A stretch of DNA of 64,000 bases, taken from contig NW_002060949.1 in assembly GCF_000150275.1 (NCBI RefSeq), positions 1,671,836-1,735,835 of the forward strand, written 5' to 3'. Within the stretch, counting starts at the first letter, position 1. Each line of letters begins with the position of its first letter. A program made the position numbers and the translations under genes. Shown in pieces: positions 12,701 through 26,184 of the stretch. The DNA is from Trichoplax adhaerens (lineage: Eukaryota > Animalia > Placozoa). A model generated the notes under the pieces. The model was not told the origin of the DNA and made no database searches. It saw nothing but the letters and a program-made list of their open reading frames with translations.

Positions 12701-14857
12701 AATTTACGTATATACTTACGCAACAAAAATCTAACCTGATAACAACATTTTCCTCTGTTTTTTTTACTGCCGCAATCACATGGTTCAGATTGTCGCACAA
12801 TAAGATCAACATCTGAATTCTTTAACAGTTCTTCATATAAATTATTTTGTAATTCAGAAAGATAGCAAAATACTACTTTCTCATCTAAGTATAATGAAAT
12901 TATTATGAAGCATCAATCAGTTGTAATTAAATCATAATGTTATGTTATTCTAATAGCTACTTCGTTAGATATCGTACTTTAATCATATGAGCTGACAGAA
13001 ACAGATTATATCGTCAATGAGAATGTATACGTATTGTATATACATTATATACCAAATTCTCAATTACAAACCTTTCTTAGGTAGCTGTTCAGCAATTAAA
13101 GCTTTCGTCCGCCTTAAAAACCATTGAGAATGTAATTTTGTTAATTCTTCCGATTTTAAATTAGAATTTGCTAATTCTCGCTTTGTAACGTTAAATTTAC
13201 GCCCTTGCTTGATTGGGCTCTCATAGTCTTTCTGAAATGTCCCAAGCGTGCCCAAACAGCCCGGATTGGCCCAATCCAGTAAACACCAAAATTCAGATAA
13301 GCGATTTTGCATGGCTGTACCAGTCAATCCAATACGTCGTCTACATTTAATATTTTTCATCGCAATTGTTACCTTTGATTTGCCATCTTTTAATCGGTGA
13401 GCTTCATCAACGATAACAGCTAACCATTTGAAACTATTTAAATCGTCCAAGTAATTTCTTAATGTTTCAAATGTAGTGAGTACAACATCAAGGCGACCCT
13501 TTTCTAATTGTTGCAATGTTTCATCCTTATGTGATGCATGAAATCGGCCTACTTTAAAGTGTCCCCACGTATTTAATTCGTCAATCCAGTTATATAAAAC
13601 CGAGCCAGGTGAAACAATTAAAAATGATTGCCGTTTATTTGTAGGTGATGGACTGCTTTTCCACCATAATTTTTTCATGACATCCTCTTTAGTACCGGAT
13701 TTATTCAAGACAGCAGCGATAAAGCCGATAATTTGTACCGTTTTACCTAATCCCATATCGTCACCTAAAATGCTACCTCGATTAGCTTTGTAATTATTAT
13801 ATAAGAATTGAATACCTTCACGTTGATATTCACGTAAATAGCGATTTATATTGGCGGGTATTTGTATAGTAGTAGCCTCCGTTGCTCCGGATAGTCTATA
13901 AGTTATAGCTGGTCCGGCATGAGCATCCTTGAAGCGTGGCCTTTCGTAATCGTCATCATCAAAGCCATCTGCATCAAAATTGAGCTTCAACAACTCAGCC
14001 TGAGGGTTAATCTTTTTGACAGCATGACTTGAGGAGTTAGCAGGAGTAGAATGTTTAGCGTTGGAACTACTTTCTGACACTACATGTTTAAGCTCTTCCA
14101 AATGCGTTTGATATTCATCATCACCTTTAAGGCGTTTAAGGCGTTTTGGCTTACTTACATTAGAAATGACTTGATTAAGAGGGTCCACAAGACTACTGGA
14201 TTGAACCAAATCTTTAAATAGAGAACTGGCATCGTTATTAGATTCGACCTGGTATGATTTAGCATCAAGGTGTTTAAACAATCTGGTAGCAGAACTGGAC
14301 GTTGATTCTTTCTTTACTTTACTAGGATGAAATTTTCTTTTCCGTGATTTACCACTACGCATTAGCTTTGATATGGGTACCATTTCGCTGCCATCGCTTT
14401 CATAATCAATAAATATTACCTCTGCTAGTTGTTCGTCCTTATTATCATCGTCATCGATGATAGCTTTAATAATAGCATCATAAATTAGATCGTCACCTGC
14501 ATAAGGAGCTCGACAATGGTCACCAACTTTCCATGCAGAGGCAAAACTATCCTCTTCTTCAGCCATTATATCACTATTTTTTTTCACTTTTGAGCAATGA
14601 GGGGTATCGCGATCGAATACCAGACTAGAAATAGTTTCATTAGCAAAGTCATCCTTACGTGATGTGCTATCGGTACTAGTATGATATCTTCTAGCTGAAG
14701 AAGTACTGTGTGTTAGATCAGATATCGTCTCGCTGTAGAATCCATGATCATCCTTTAGGTTATCTAATTCATCTGATATGCTTGTATTAATGAATTGATC
14801 TTGTTCGCCGTTAGACGCATCAGAACAAAATGTAGCATCGCTATCATCGGTATCCAT
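9733..14857 (-). CDS. ERCC6L2: SNF2-family DNA translocase ERCC6-like 2 (Tudor + ATPase + VIGSSK + C-terminal conserved region), multi-exon
   Basis: Exon 1 encodes a Tudor-like [21 protein letters not shown] and DEAH. Later exons give [41 protein letters not shown] and [13 protein letters not shown] (~10400). Terminal exon 10200-9733 has [17 protein letters not shown]. Confidence 0.95.
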
Positions 14858-16894
14858 GGCTACTTGATATGAACGTTAAAAGTTACGGTTATACGACAGA
14901 AATCAATTACCGTAGACTCCAAGGCAGTCAAGTTGAATTAGCAAGTGTTGAAATACAGAATTTTACTTTCCTGCGATAGCTGCATACATAAATAGCTATC
15001 AGAGTGGTCCGCTGTGGTACATTGTCACATCAGAGTAACATAGAATGCTCAAATTCAGGTGTTTTTCTCCTCTACCAAGAAATAGATCGTGCAGAAAAGA
15101 TTAACTCTTATCAACGTTTACCATCTCATTTTGTTAGCCAATTGCAGAGATGATAGGCTAATCTTCTTCCTAGTTTTTCCCTCAGTAAACTAGTATTGTA
15201 GTGTGTTTCAATGTGACCAAACACGGCTTGTAATTAAAGAAAGATTCTCAAAACAATTGAATTCAGTTTACTAATGCCACTCCATACGAAGAAAAATAGG
15301 ACCTGCAGGAATTTACCATACGATCAAGATTAATTGGCAACGTTGACGATTTCAATTTGCGAGCCACTCGTATAGAATGAAGGATAAGTCAGCTTCTCAT
15401 CTTAGCCTTTCTCGGGTAGTAGATTATTACGCGTAGTACCCGCGTACTTTAATAGAATTCAATGCAATTCCAGTTTGCAATTCGCGAATGATGACCAAAG
15501 CAAGCAGATGCGATCTGTTATTTAATGGGACCGAAATTTTCGGGGTATGGATTTGCCTATAGTAAGTGTACCCTAGTACTTAGACATATCACCAGACCCA
15601 TACTAATGTATACATTGATGGAAAAGATGGCATTGTGACTTGAAGTTCTCAGTATGGCTAAGTGTAGTTGCACTACCACCAGTACGGAAACACAATATTA
15701 AAGCCCTACTAGCCCTTATTTTCGTTGTGCACATTTACACCATCGCATAATACGAGAACCTCTCATTGAGTGCATAGTCTTATAGTCTGAGCGAAACCAG
15801 GTAGGAAATCCATACTTTCCACAAATTATTTTCGTAGGTGCTGACTGTATTGCTATATTACTTTGCAATTGCACTGTCTTTGCCAGCGCGGAAGTACATA
15901 CAAACGTTAAAATGAGCAAATCTACAATTTAAAAGAGTTTCTAGAGTCCGTTATACTCCAGTGCATAGGCCTTCCGATGCCAAATTACGACTGCTAATTA
16001 AGATAGAATAATTATTATTATACTATGCGGGGTGCTGGATACCTAAAAATTTGAGCAAAATCTTCAATTAAGACTGAATCTCTTCCGTTATGGTTAAATA
16101 TCCCAACTCGTAGTAGTCCCTAATAGTCCCAGCACAAAAATACAGTTGCTAACATGGATATTTACAATTCTCACTCATTTATTCACTTATTCAGGCATAA
16201 AATTACACTATTATTACTGTACAAAGTTCGCCGGGTTTGATTTGCTAAAATATTATGACTACCGGCGGCGTAAAGTGTAGCGATATAATTTCATACAAAT
16301 GACTGGAACTAAGAATTACAGTTTGTGACAATGACAATATGTTGACCATTCCTATTAGATACTTCAATTGAATAAATCAACGGTTCGATCGGAATTTTTT
16401 CCATTCCATTACTATGGATTATCAGCATACAAGAAAGTTTATCTTACTAGGTAATGATTCAATAAAGTAGATAAGTATGAGTAAACTTGTTTTCATAGCA
16501 ATTAAGTGCATGCTGTTATGTACCTCCTTGCTGAAGTACACATAGTAGAGTACACAAATAATACATTCAGCTGTCGATACTTAAATACGCTACGGATAAG
16601 TAGTATTTTAATGAGGTAATACAGCAAACTACACTAAAAGCTGGTATAGCAAGATGAATTATATTCACATGCTTTAATGATTATCCATTGATAATTATAA
16701 TCATATATTAAATTTATATTAATAAAAACTTTCAGGAATTAACAAGCGCTCTTGTATACAAAAATTGTAACCATGACGTCCGTAGTGATGTTAGTAGTCA
16801 CTGTCGTAATAAATTTTGTGATTAGACAGATTAATAAATGCATGAGATATTTGCTTTAGTAATAATTTAGGTGGAAATCAGAACATAAATTTTC

Positions 16895-19432
16895 TTAAAA
16901 TATAAGAATTTTTAAACTTGCGAAATGATACTGTAGTGATTTTGTGTCTCGTATGAGAATAAAATGGCTAAATTGATCGATGGGCTGCTCGAATAACTTA
17001 GTCAATCCAACAATACTGCAATATCCAACTGCACATCCATAGCCAACAGAGTGTGAATAGTCACCACACGATACATATCCAATAATACTGCGTTCTAGTA
17101 CTCCTTGTAATAACGATTTATCTAAGTTCCCTTTAAAATACTCATCTTTCAGCTTTGAAAAATCTTCATTTCTAGGTAAACAAATAGGACAAAACTGTCT
17201 TGGTGTACCGCGCTTATACATTTTAATTTTGACGGCTACAAGTGCACGACTATGATTGTTAATTATTTGGCTTATACCAAAGTTACTCATTTCTTTATCG
17301 AAAGCTTCAGCCTGCGTTCGATTTGATTTGCAAACTTTCTTTAGCAGTAACTGATTTAAGGTACTTAATTCTTTACGGCATCTTATAACATAATAAGTGC
17401 GTGTTTCATGTATCTTCTCTCCAGTTTTAAAACTTTCAGTTACTGCAAGCAAAATAAAAGTAAAATCGTAAATTACTTCAGGAGTAATACCGTTTACAGA
17501 GCATAAAAAATCAGGCTAAATATTTAGAAAATTATAAAGTGATATTACCTTGTAAAAATTTCCTCCAATATTCTATCAATTCATCCCAGCGGTTCAAGAA
17601 TGGCGATAAAATACCAATTTTGGAGTAATTGATTCGTTTTGCTGGGGGCCTAAGATAGTAATCTGACGTCAACTTCTGATGCGTTGCTACGGCGTTAATA
17701 CAGCCTGCAGCTGTATCAGGATAATCTGATGGAAAGATAGGAATTCCTTGCTCCAAGTATTGTTTAGCACTCTCTTGCAAACCAATAGCGCGTGCTCCAC
17801 AATAAATAAGTGATAGCCAGAATGGCATACCCCAACCAGCAGGTAAAATTAAATCCCATCCACTATTAATAAAGTCGCTTTCATTATTAATATTTATAAG
17901 GGTGGCTGTCGCACCAGTTTGTTGGATAAGTAATACAGGAATGGAAATTTTATTATCTATATCATTTAGTTCCAGTTGTCCATTAAATATTTGCATACGT
18001 AGTTTATTTAATTCATGGTCGGGTTTTTTAGCTTCTTTAACATTTTTACGAATAGTAGGATTCCATAACAACGTCCGAGCAAACTCACTTGACCAATTTT
18101 GAAGATAGGATTGGCAAGAATCTATATTTATGAAACAAATAGATTGTAAAGTGTTATTACTCCGCAGTAGTTTATACAGATTCCGTTCGGTTGCACATTA
18201 AACAAGTCTGAAATAGTGTGAAACTTATTTATGGTCATGCCTCAAAGCTCAGCATGATATTTTTTAAGCAGTACGATACCTGTAACTATCGATCGGTTCA
18301 GGTTATGGTATCTCTTCTTCAAGATAGGACGATTTAATCGGGGATCGCCTACATTTAATGCAAGAACTGAACCTCTCGGTAAAGTAGCAGTAGACGATAG
18401 GGTTAATAATTTCGTCCAGGTAGTTTCAATTTCGGATCTTTCATTGTGCAATTTGAAAGCACGATATAGCACACTTTGCGACATTGGGCCTCTTAAAGAG
18501 AATCGAAGAAGTGAACTATCATCAGCAGTATGAGAGTCAATTTCAAGCATGTTATCTTGTCTATTTTGCTGATTTATTAAAGTTATTTGATCGAGTAATT
18601 CCTGGTAGCATGATGGATGACACCATAACCATAAAGATCTATTTGGGTTACTCGTATCATCGCTTGAATCAAGGCAGTTCCATAGAAATGATACCGGCCC
18701 AATCGCTTGATAAGGATAAGAATCACAATAATAACATACCAAGCAACCTTCCACACCACCTTGAAGATAATCCATACTATCGATCGTAGATCCTAATGTT
18801 AACGATATGACAATATATACAGTACATTATTGTGTCAATTCGTCATGCATTATATTAATAAAGATATAAGATAGGAAATGGCATTTTGCAATCTAAGTTG
18901 TGTCAAGATGAGAATAACAAGGCTAACCTGTCTGATTGTTAGTTAAGCGGGCAAAAGTATTGACTATAACCTGTTGTAAACCTTTTATTTCTATACATCT
19001 ATAATAGGATATATCTTGTATGGTACACTCATTCTTGCATGCTCGATAGGCAGCTCGTTTGCCTTTTTCGCAAGAAATTTCAGCAATTTTAAAATTCCAT
19101 TGGTCAGACATTTTCATTCGTTTAGCATGCCAAATATGTGTTTCCAACCACTGACTTACATTGTCTTTCCTTTGAAAATTTCTCTTTTTTGAGGTACGTC
19201 GTTTTTTTTTCGTTGTTGCTGTAGGCTTGGTCTTGTCGGTTGTATCTTTGCTTATTAAGCGTTTGGGTAACCTCTTCCGATTATGGCTAGCTGCTCGACG
19301 ACGCATTCTCCTGGATACAGTCTGAAATAGAGAACGAGATCCTCCTATGGTCTTAACAGCGATTTCCATCTTTTTTATTTCATCAACTCGGCTCTCAATG
19401 AAGCCTTTGACATCTAATGTTTTGCTTGCCAT
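16895..19432 (-). CDS. POP1: RNase P/MRP protein subunit POP1 (4 exons)
   Basis: FQTVSRRMRRRAASHN, WLETHIWHAKRMKM, LWLWCHPS, GWDLILPAGWGMPFW and RPPAKRINY motifs. Exons ~19432-18928, 18792-18280, 18121-17549 and 17442-16895 are phase-compatible. Confidence 0.96.
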
Positions 19433-19899
19433 TTTGCTATAGAGTTCTAGGCAATGTAGGCCTTGGATGAATACTGCAAGAGAGATTGCGGAGGGGAATG
19501 ATCGCTGATTGAACGTTTTCAGTTTTTGTCGATCTAACCTGGATATCGCAGTTCAATGGAAGTATCACTGCTCTTGCCGTTTTTCAGCTATCACCTGTAA
19601 TCTCTACAATCTACCTTGTACCTTATGAGCTTAGAGTAAAGAATTTATCCAACTATTCCATGTCCTGCTTCTATTTCTGCTTGACTTTGCTCACAATTTA
19701 TTGAAGCTAAAGCTCAGAGCTCGGTCTAGAATCAGTCAGCTCGTAGCTCACGCTAGTTCTGCAGACTATACATTAGATAACAGCAGCCGTATGCCAAACT
19801 ACTATAGTAATGCTCTATTCCTCAATACTTGGTTGCGAATGGGTAGTGCATAGAGGCCAACGAAAACTTCTTCCACCTCGACAATCTTCTGTGTTTCAT

Positions 19900-20140
19900 T
19901 CATGTCCAATTGTATAGTACAGTAGCAGCGACTGCTGAGGAGTCCCTGACAATACTATGAATTTTGCCTCTGCCGATGACGTCAGCTGTGGATTCCCATG
20001 ACAGCAGTACGATCCGGTCCGGTCCGGTCCGATCCGGCTCAGTAGGCCTGAACCAGGGAGATTGTACAGTACAGTACAATGTACAGTACTTGAAACTAGA
20101 AACTACTTACAGTACAGTACTGTACTGTAGAAAAAGTGTA
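19900..20140. promoter_or_regulatory. Putative bidirectional promoter between POP1 and TRAPPC12
   Basis: Lies between divergent genes. Contains the CRE palindrome TGACGTCA (19977-19984), a (CCGGT)n run at ~20011-20037, and clustered TACAGTAC words at 20064-20130. Confidence 0.5.
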
Positions 20141-20750
20141 TCCTTAGGTAACATATAGTGATGGTACGCAAAGCATTGTCCGTAATTCATATTGATCTAT
20201 CGTAGTTCAAGAGTAGGAGCTCAGTTGATTGAGTTGTTTTTCTAGAGTTGGTTGGTAGTTTGAACCATTTTAAGACAGACTTACTGTAGAATGCCTTTAG
20301 GGCTAGGGGTCGAGTTTGGGGGGAGGAAAGTAGGAGAAGGTTAAGGTTTGATCTTATTGAAAAGGGATATAGAAAATGCTACGGGTTATTTGCCAATCTT
20401 CTACTGGAAATCTTGGCCGAAAAAAGAATATTAGCCTTTTGTAGCTATATTGATTGACAGTAAGCTTGTACTGGTGACATTAATTTTGCTAGGCAATTGT
20501 AATTATGGGGGTGAAATAGCAACGAATACCATGTCAGTAGAAGGAATTGCGAGCAAAAATAATGTCACCCTTGCAGAGATACTGTGTACCGTCTGAGTGC
20601 CTATGCACTGCACTGTAGCAAATGGACTGTACCTGGATTACCCTCTCCTCCATTATCCAATTTATCCCCCATAATTTCCTTGCGGATAGCCGCAGCCATT
20701 AACCATTATCGCTTAGCTACATTTTGGCTAAAAATTCCTCGAGCACAACG

Positions 20751-23700
20751 ATGAGCGATAGTAATGAGAATAGCGCAACTAATTTTGAAATCCAGACTGC
20801 TCAACAAAGTGAAAATGACAACAGCAATGAGGTGATGATATCACTTGATGAGGGTACGGTAGGTACTGTCAGTAATGTTGGATCGATAGAAAGTGTCGAT
20901 TTAGGCCAATCGACAGCAGCAGTCGCTTTGAGTATGGAGGAAAACCATTCAGATGACGAACTAACTGGATTTACTGATCCTATCCAAGTAGATCAGCAGC
21001 CAGTAATAGATCCTATCAAGGAAGTAAATGACACACAAGATAAATCAATCCAGCAAGTTTCAATCAATATGGATAATAGGCAAGAGACATCAGCAATAGC
21101 CCAAGATGATCAACCAATACTGATCGATGACAACCAAGATGTACATAATCAATCTCATATATCCGATCTTATAGATAGTAGTAGTGAAAGAGCTGAGAGC
21201 GATCATGAAATAGCAGATTTAGATGATGGTGAATTCGTGCAGGAAAGCTTAGACATGAGTCGTGATGATATCAGTAGTGTCAATGAGGAAAAGTTTGATG
21301 ATCAAGAGATCGATATCACTTCACAAACGCAATCCACTGTAGATCAAACCGATTTAACATCGCCAAATACGCCACTCCAGGAAAGTGAAGAACAAAGTTA
21401 CATTCGATCGGAAGACCAGAATTATAATATAACTATTCCATCTCAAGACGACCAAAATGACACTAGTTTAACCCAGCCTTCAAATGATTTCCAATTGGAT
21501 CAATCGACGGAACAAGTTGATACTAATCAGCAAGATAGAGCTGTAAGTAGGATTACACCCGACGATAATATCCAATCGGATATACCGAAATCTCCTCAAA
21601 GCCAACAAGAAGATAACCAACTACACAGTCAAGACTTTACTTTCCATAGTACAACTGAAAGCAAAGAGACTCCTTCGGTTGTTCGCGTTCCATCGCAACA
21701 AAATACGATCCGTTTCGATAACGTTGTATCAGATCCATTAACGGAGTTTGCACGAGCTGCCGAACAGAGTCAAAGGTACATAGCAGAGATGTGACATTAG
21801 TACTTACGACATACTTGTACGTAGTAAATACCAAATAGTTAAATAGATAAAAACAGATAACATGATGGATCGACAAAAAAATATCAATTTACTTCGGTTA
21901 TTACCCCGAAGAAAATATGAATAGGAAGTATATCATAATTAACTTGATAAGATCAATTGATCGATTAATTATTATTTACAATAAATTTTATATTTAATAT
22001 CATTAACATTTTACTTGACCAATTTAGTCAAGATAACAATCTAAATGCTACCGATCAAGCCATGAGCCCGAAAATAAACCAGATCGAGAATCCATTTGTT
22101 GGTCAAATAACTGATAACTACGACCTTGGAAGTGATGTCTCCGGTATTGAATTCTTTGATAATTTACCAGTCCAAAAGGGTAGTCAACCTTCAACAAATC
22201 AAATCGCTTCAACTCAAGAACAAGAAGAGATTACATTAAGCAAGGTTGGAGTAAAACGATACTTTTACATTGCTAAAGTAACGTTATTATTTTAATGACA
22301 TGTCTCAGTATATCCGCCTACTAAGTTATGTATAATAAAAATTAGTTATTGCAGACATTAACGGAACAGCAAGCATCAATGTGGATATCTTCTTCCACTA
22401 CTAGGCAGTTATTGTCTGGGCTTATAGAAATTGATACAAAACATTTATCAATTGCTGGATTAGCTGTCGATTATAAAAATGTAAGTTAGATCTAGATCTA
22501 GATCATGCCTTGTCTTAAATCAAATCTATCATAAGAAATAATGAGAATGATTATATAATCTTTATTTATTGTACGCGTAGAGTGATCCAGTAAAGGAAGT
22601 GATATTAAAATGCTTTGGTGAAGGTGAAGCAAGTAAACGACAAGTATTAACGGTCGATTCAGTTACTCAGGATGAGGAAGGGCTCAAACAGTTGCTCGTT
22701 AGTATCAACGAATATATACGTTTCTTAATTTTTATCACTATGATAATTCTAATGAAATTGTCATCCTTTCAATAGCTATCGAATTGTTTCCATGCCGCGT
22801 TAGAACTTTCCGGCAGATTATTAACTAGATTCGGACAAGGTTATCAAAACGATCAACATGTTGGTCACTCCTTAGAGTCTTTGCAAGTAAAAAAATACTT
22901 TATTCCTGCGCTTGTTTTTATATTCAATATATTATACCCGCCTAATGACAAAACGACGATATTTTACAGATTTGGATGTGTAGAATTGCTTTACTTATAA
23001 AACTAAATATGTTTGGCACTGCGGAAGCGGAGATGATTGCTTTCGGTGATTTAGATAATCCAGACTTATATTTCGAATATTATCCTGAAAAATATCCTAA
23101 CCTAACCGGTAAAAACCAATTTGTTGAATATTCGTTACTATTTTATCTCTTTCTGTTATCCTATTTTTATATTCAGCATCTCAACAATCTACTTAATGAA
23201 CGATAATGTAGGTTGTATAGTCCCATTTGCCATGCGTATTATTCATGCAGAGTTGCCCCAGTTTACAGGCAAATTAAATGAATCACTAGATCGATTATAT
23301 CGATTGCATTATGCCTGCTTAGAGGTTAGTTTATTATAGCATATAAAAGTATTTAAAGTCGCTATGACTCGCTATTACTTCTTTAATTACCATTTGATAA
23401 CGATCTTATCATTACTTTTAGGCACTAAACAATATTAAAGCAGGTCTATCTGCTGAAGGTTCTGTCTTAGTAAGCGAATCAGCAGCAGAATTGTGTGATC
23501 GTAAGAAATATTTATTACTCCAAAAATTGATAATAGACGTTATCAGTTTTTATCATTGCTTTTGCTTTACATTAATTGCTATATTTAGTGAAATGATGTA
23601 GATATCAATTATCATCAATATATTATTATCCTGCTTAAAATTGTAGGCGGTATGAAACTATGGCAAAGTAGGGACTTGCGGGTTCTGTTTGGAATTGGGA

Positions 23701-24868
23701 ATTGTTTACTTGCGTTAAAGGTTATAATACTGATAATATATTTTTAAAGCTACCGAAAAAGTACCCAATCGTAATGATAATCTTTTGAAATTTTTCAGGA
23801 ATTTTCTCTTGCAGTTAAAGTATTTGAGTCCATATGTAAACTAGTTCCTGAATCTGAATTAAAAATTCTATCCGGAATTGGCCGAATATATCTACAAGTA
23901 TGAAGTGAAATTACAGAATAATGCTATCGCTTATTTAGTAAAGTATTTCATTTTCAAATAAAGCCTTAGTGTCGTTTTGTTAGAGTCTAAGGTATAATCG
24001 ATTGATTGTTTATTTACGCCCTTTAGCTTGGAGATGTCGATATGGCTAGAAGATATTTCAAAAAAGTAGAAAGCAAAGCGACTGGAGATGCTCGCGATGT
24101 ATGCATGACTGTAATGAATCGGTGGGTACATTTGAACGCACTATCTAGCCTACATATCAGTTCGTAATCGTAAGGGTATTTGTTATACATTGGTATAGGG
24201 GCTTCTTGTCAATTGGCTTATCAGATTACAAAGACGCCTATAAACACTTTATTGCTGCTAGAAAATTAGAACCTAATAATAAGATGGTATTTATCTTGTT
24301 CATAGTTTTCACAACCTAATTTCTATTTTGAAATTCTATCACTTTTTGAAAGATATAAATGTAATAATGGTATCATCCGTGTAATGTTGTCAACTAGTCG
24401 ATGCATCTTGGGTAACGTTCCTTTTTTTGTACCTTATAGGCACTTAATAATTTAGCGGTTTGCCTTGTTTATTGTGGAAAATTAAAACAGGTAACGTATG
24501 CAATAAAAAAATTGTACTCTATAATTCTTTCGAAAATAATATATTTTACACCTGTGGGTTGATAAAACTTATTCTCAGTGATACACGTTAGCTAATTTAG
24601 GGTAGTCATTTAAATTTCAATAATTATTTACCTCATCTCAAGATAGAAATTGACAATCATTGATTAATTTATCCAGGCAGTAGTTATGCTCGAAGAACTT
24701 GTATGGAAGGATCCACCCGATAATTTGGACGAAGGGTTATTGTTCAATTTATGTATATGTTATGAATTAGAATCATCTCTGAGTTTGCAAAAGAAATTAA
24801 AACTATTAGAATTAGTTGGTCGCCACAAAGGTGACGCTTTCAACTTGCAGTGCTTAAAGATTGCGTAA
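20751..24868 (+). CDS. TRAPPC12: Trafficking protein particle complex subunit 12 (TTC15), TPR protein with long acidic N-terminus, multi-exon
   Basis: ATG at 20751. Spliced FGDLDNPDLYFEYYPEKYPNLTG/CIVPFAMRIIHAELP and C-terminal LLFNLCICYELESSLSLQKKLKLLE...GDAFNLQCLKIA match TRAPPC12. Confidence 0.94.
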
Positions 24869-26184
24869 TAAGGAAGATTCCAGACTTAATAACTAACACA
24901 AGAAATGAAAAGTGTATGACAACTAAATGCATAATTAGTCCTTAGTAGATGCTATCAAGCTTAGCAAGGAATTTTTATGATTTCAAAAAGTTACCATAGT
25001 TTTGTGTGTTTACTAATCTGGTACTTTCTCAAATATTTAGTTTAGCGCTCATTGAAATAGGTTTTTGCTAATGCTATCGACGGCTACTCTCGATATTCAA
25101 ATACTTTTATCTTGCCTCTCGAAATCTTCATCAAGAATATGTTTAACAAAATTTATATTTAATAATTTACACATATTACTAACATTTAATGGCATAGCTC
25201 TATTCCTAGAATTTAGGATGGTTGCAGTATGGTACATGTACCTGTTCATGCTGTAATTAATATTATGTATAGATATACACATGTATATACTAAGATTTGT
25301 AAGTACAGCTTTCTGACGGATTAACGTTTCAGTTAAAATCATTCAATCCAAAATGATTTACTATATTGAATTGTTTAATTTATGGCGAGGATAATAAATT
25401 ATTTCCATATTATTGAAATAAAAGCTCTTCTTGTTCTGTAGTCTGTACTCTACACTGATGAATTCGATCACATCAATTTATAAACAAGTCCCGCTGCTAC
25501 TGTAGTATTTTTTTAACACGCTGATCGATATGTACCGTAAGATTCATATATTTTTGAGTTCCTGGTATTATCTTATAGTTAGTAGGATCTGTAATATGGT
25601 CGTTATTTTCTACGCTAAACTAAGCTTTAGAACATAACATGATACAGTTTGAGGATTAAATAAATCAGTCTAGCCAAAAACTGACAAACACTCAAACGCT
25701 GCAGTAAGTATGCGCATTTTACTTACAATAATAGCAATCCGTATTCAGCAATAGCGTAAATATTTAATATCAAAAGCCGATTTATTGATATTATTAATCC
25801 AATTTCGTCAAGGTCTTAACGCATATTGTAATATAAATCATATATAGATTTACATCACGTCAATAACATTAAGATATTTGCTGCAATGCATCAATCATAA
25901 CGAGTACAGTGATCAAATCATAAATTTACATATAGCGAATGCATTTACCATAGTATGAATTTACATATCTAGAAAGAGGTAAGCGTTAATGTCATGATAT
26001 AATACTTATTCAAATGTCACTTATAAGTTTAAAACCGTTTTTAAATTTAAAATCAGTATTAGCTTTATGTTATTTCTTAATACTCTCTCGGCGGCTCAAG
26101 CTGAGAGTAGGAACGGCATTAGGCATTATAAGGATATTTCAAAGGTCTATTGACAATAAAGATCACTGAAAGATCTGATTCTTG

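Noticed and set aside
15716-15921. 67-aa minus-strand ORF with a signal-peptide-like start (LLILTFVCTSALA) and four Cys, following an AG
   Set aside because: No ATG, no phase-compatible upstream exon found and no recognisable family. Cannot be supported without transcripts.
19802-19903. 33-codon ATG ORF upstream of POP1 (possible uORF)
   Set aside because: The TSS is unknown and the length is within chance expectation.
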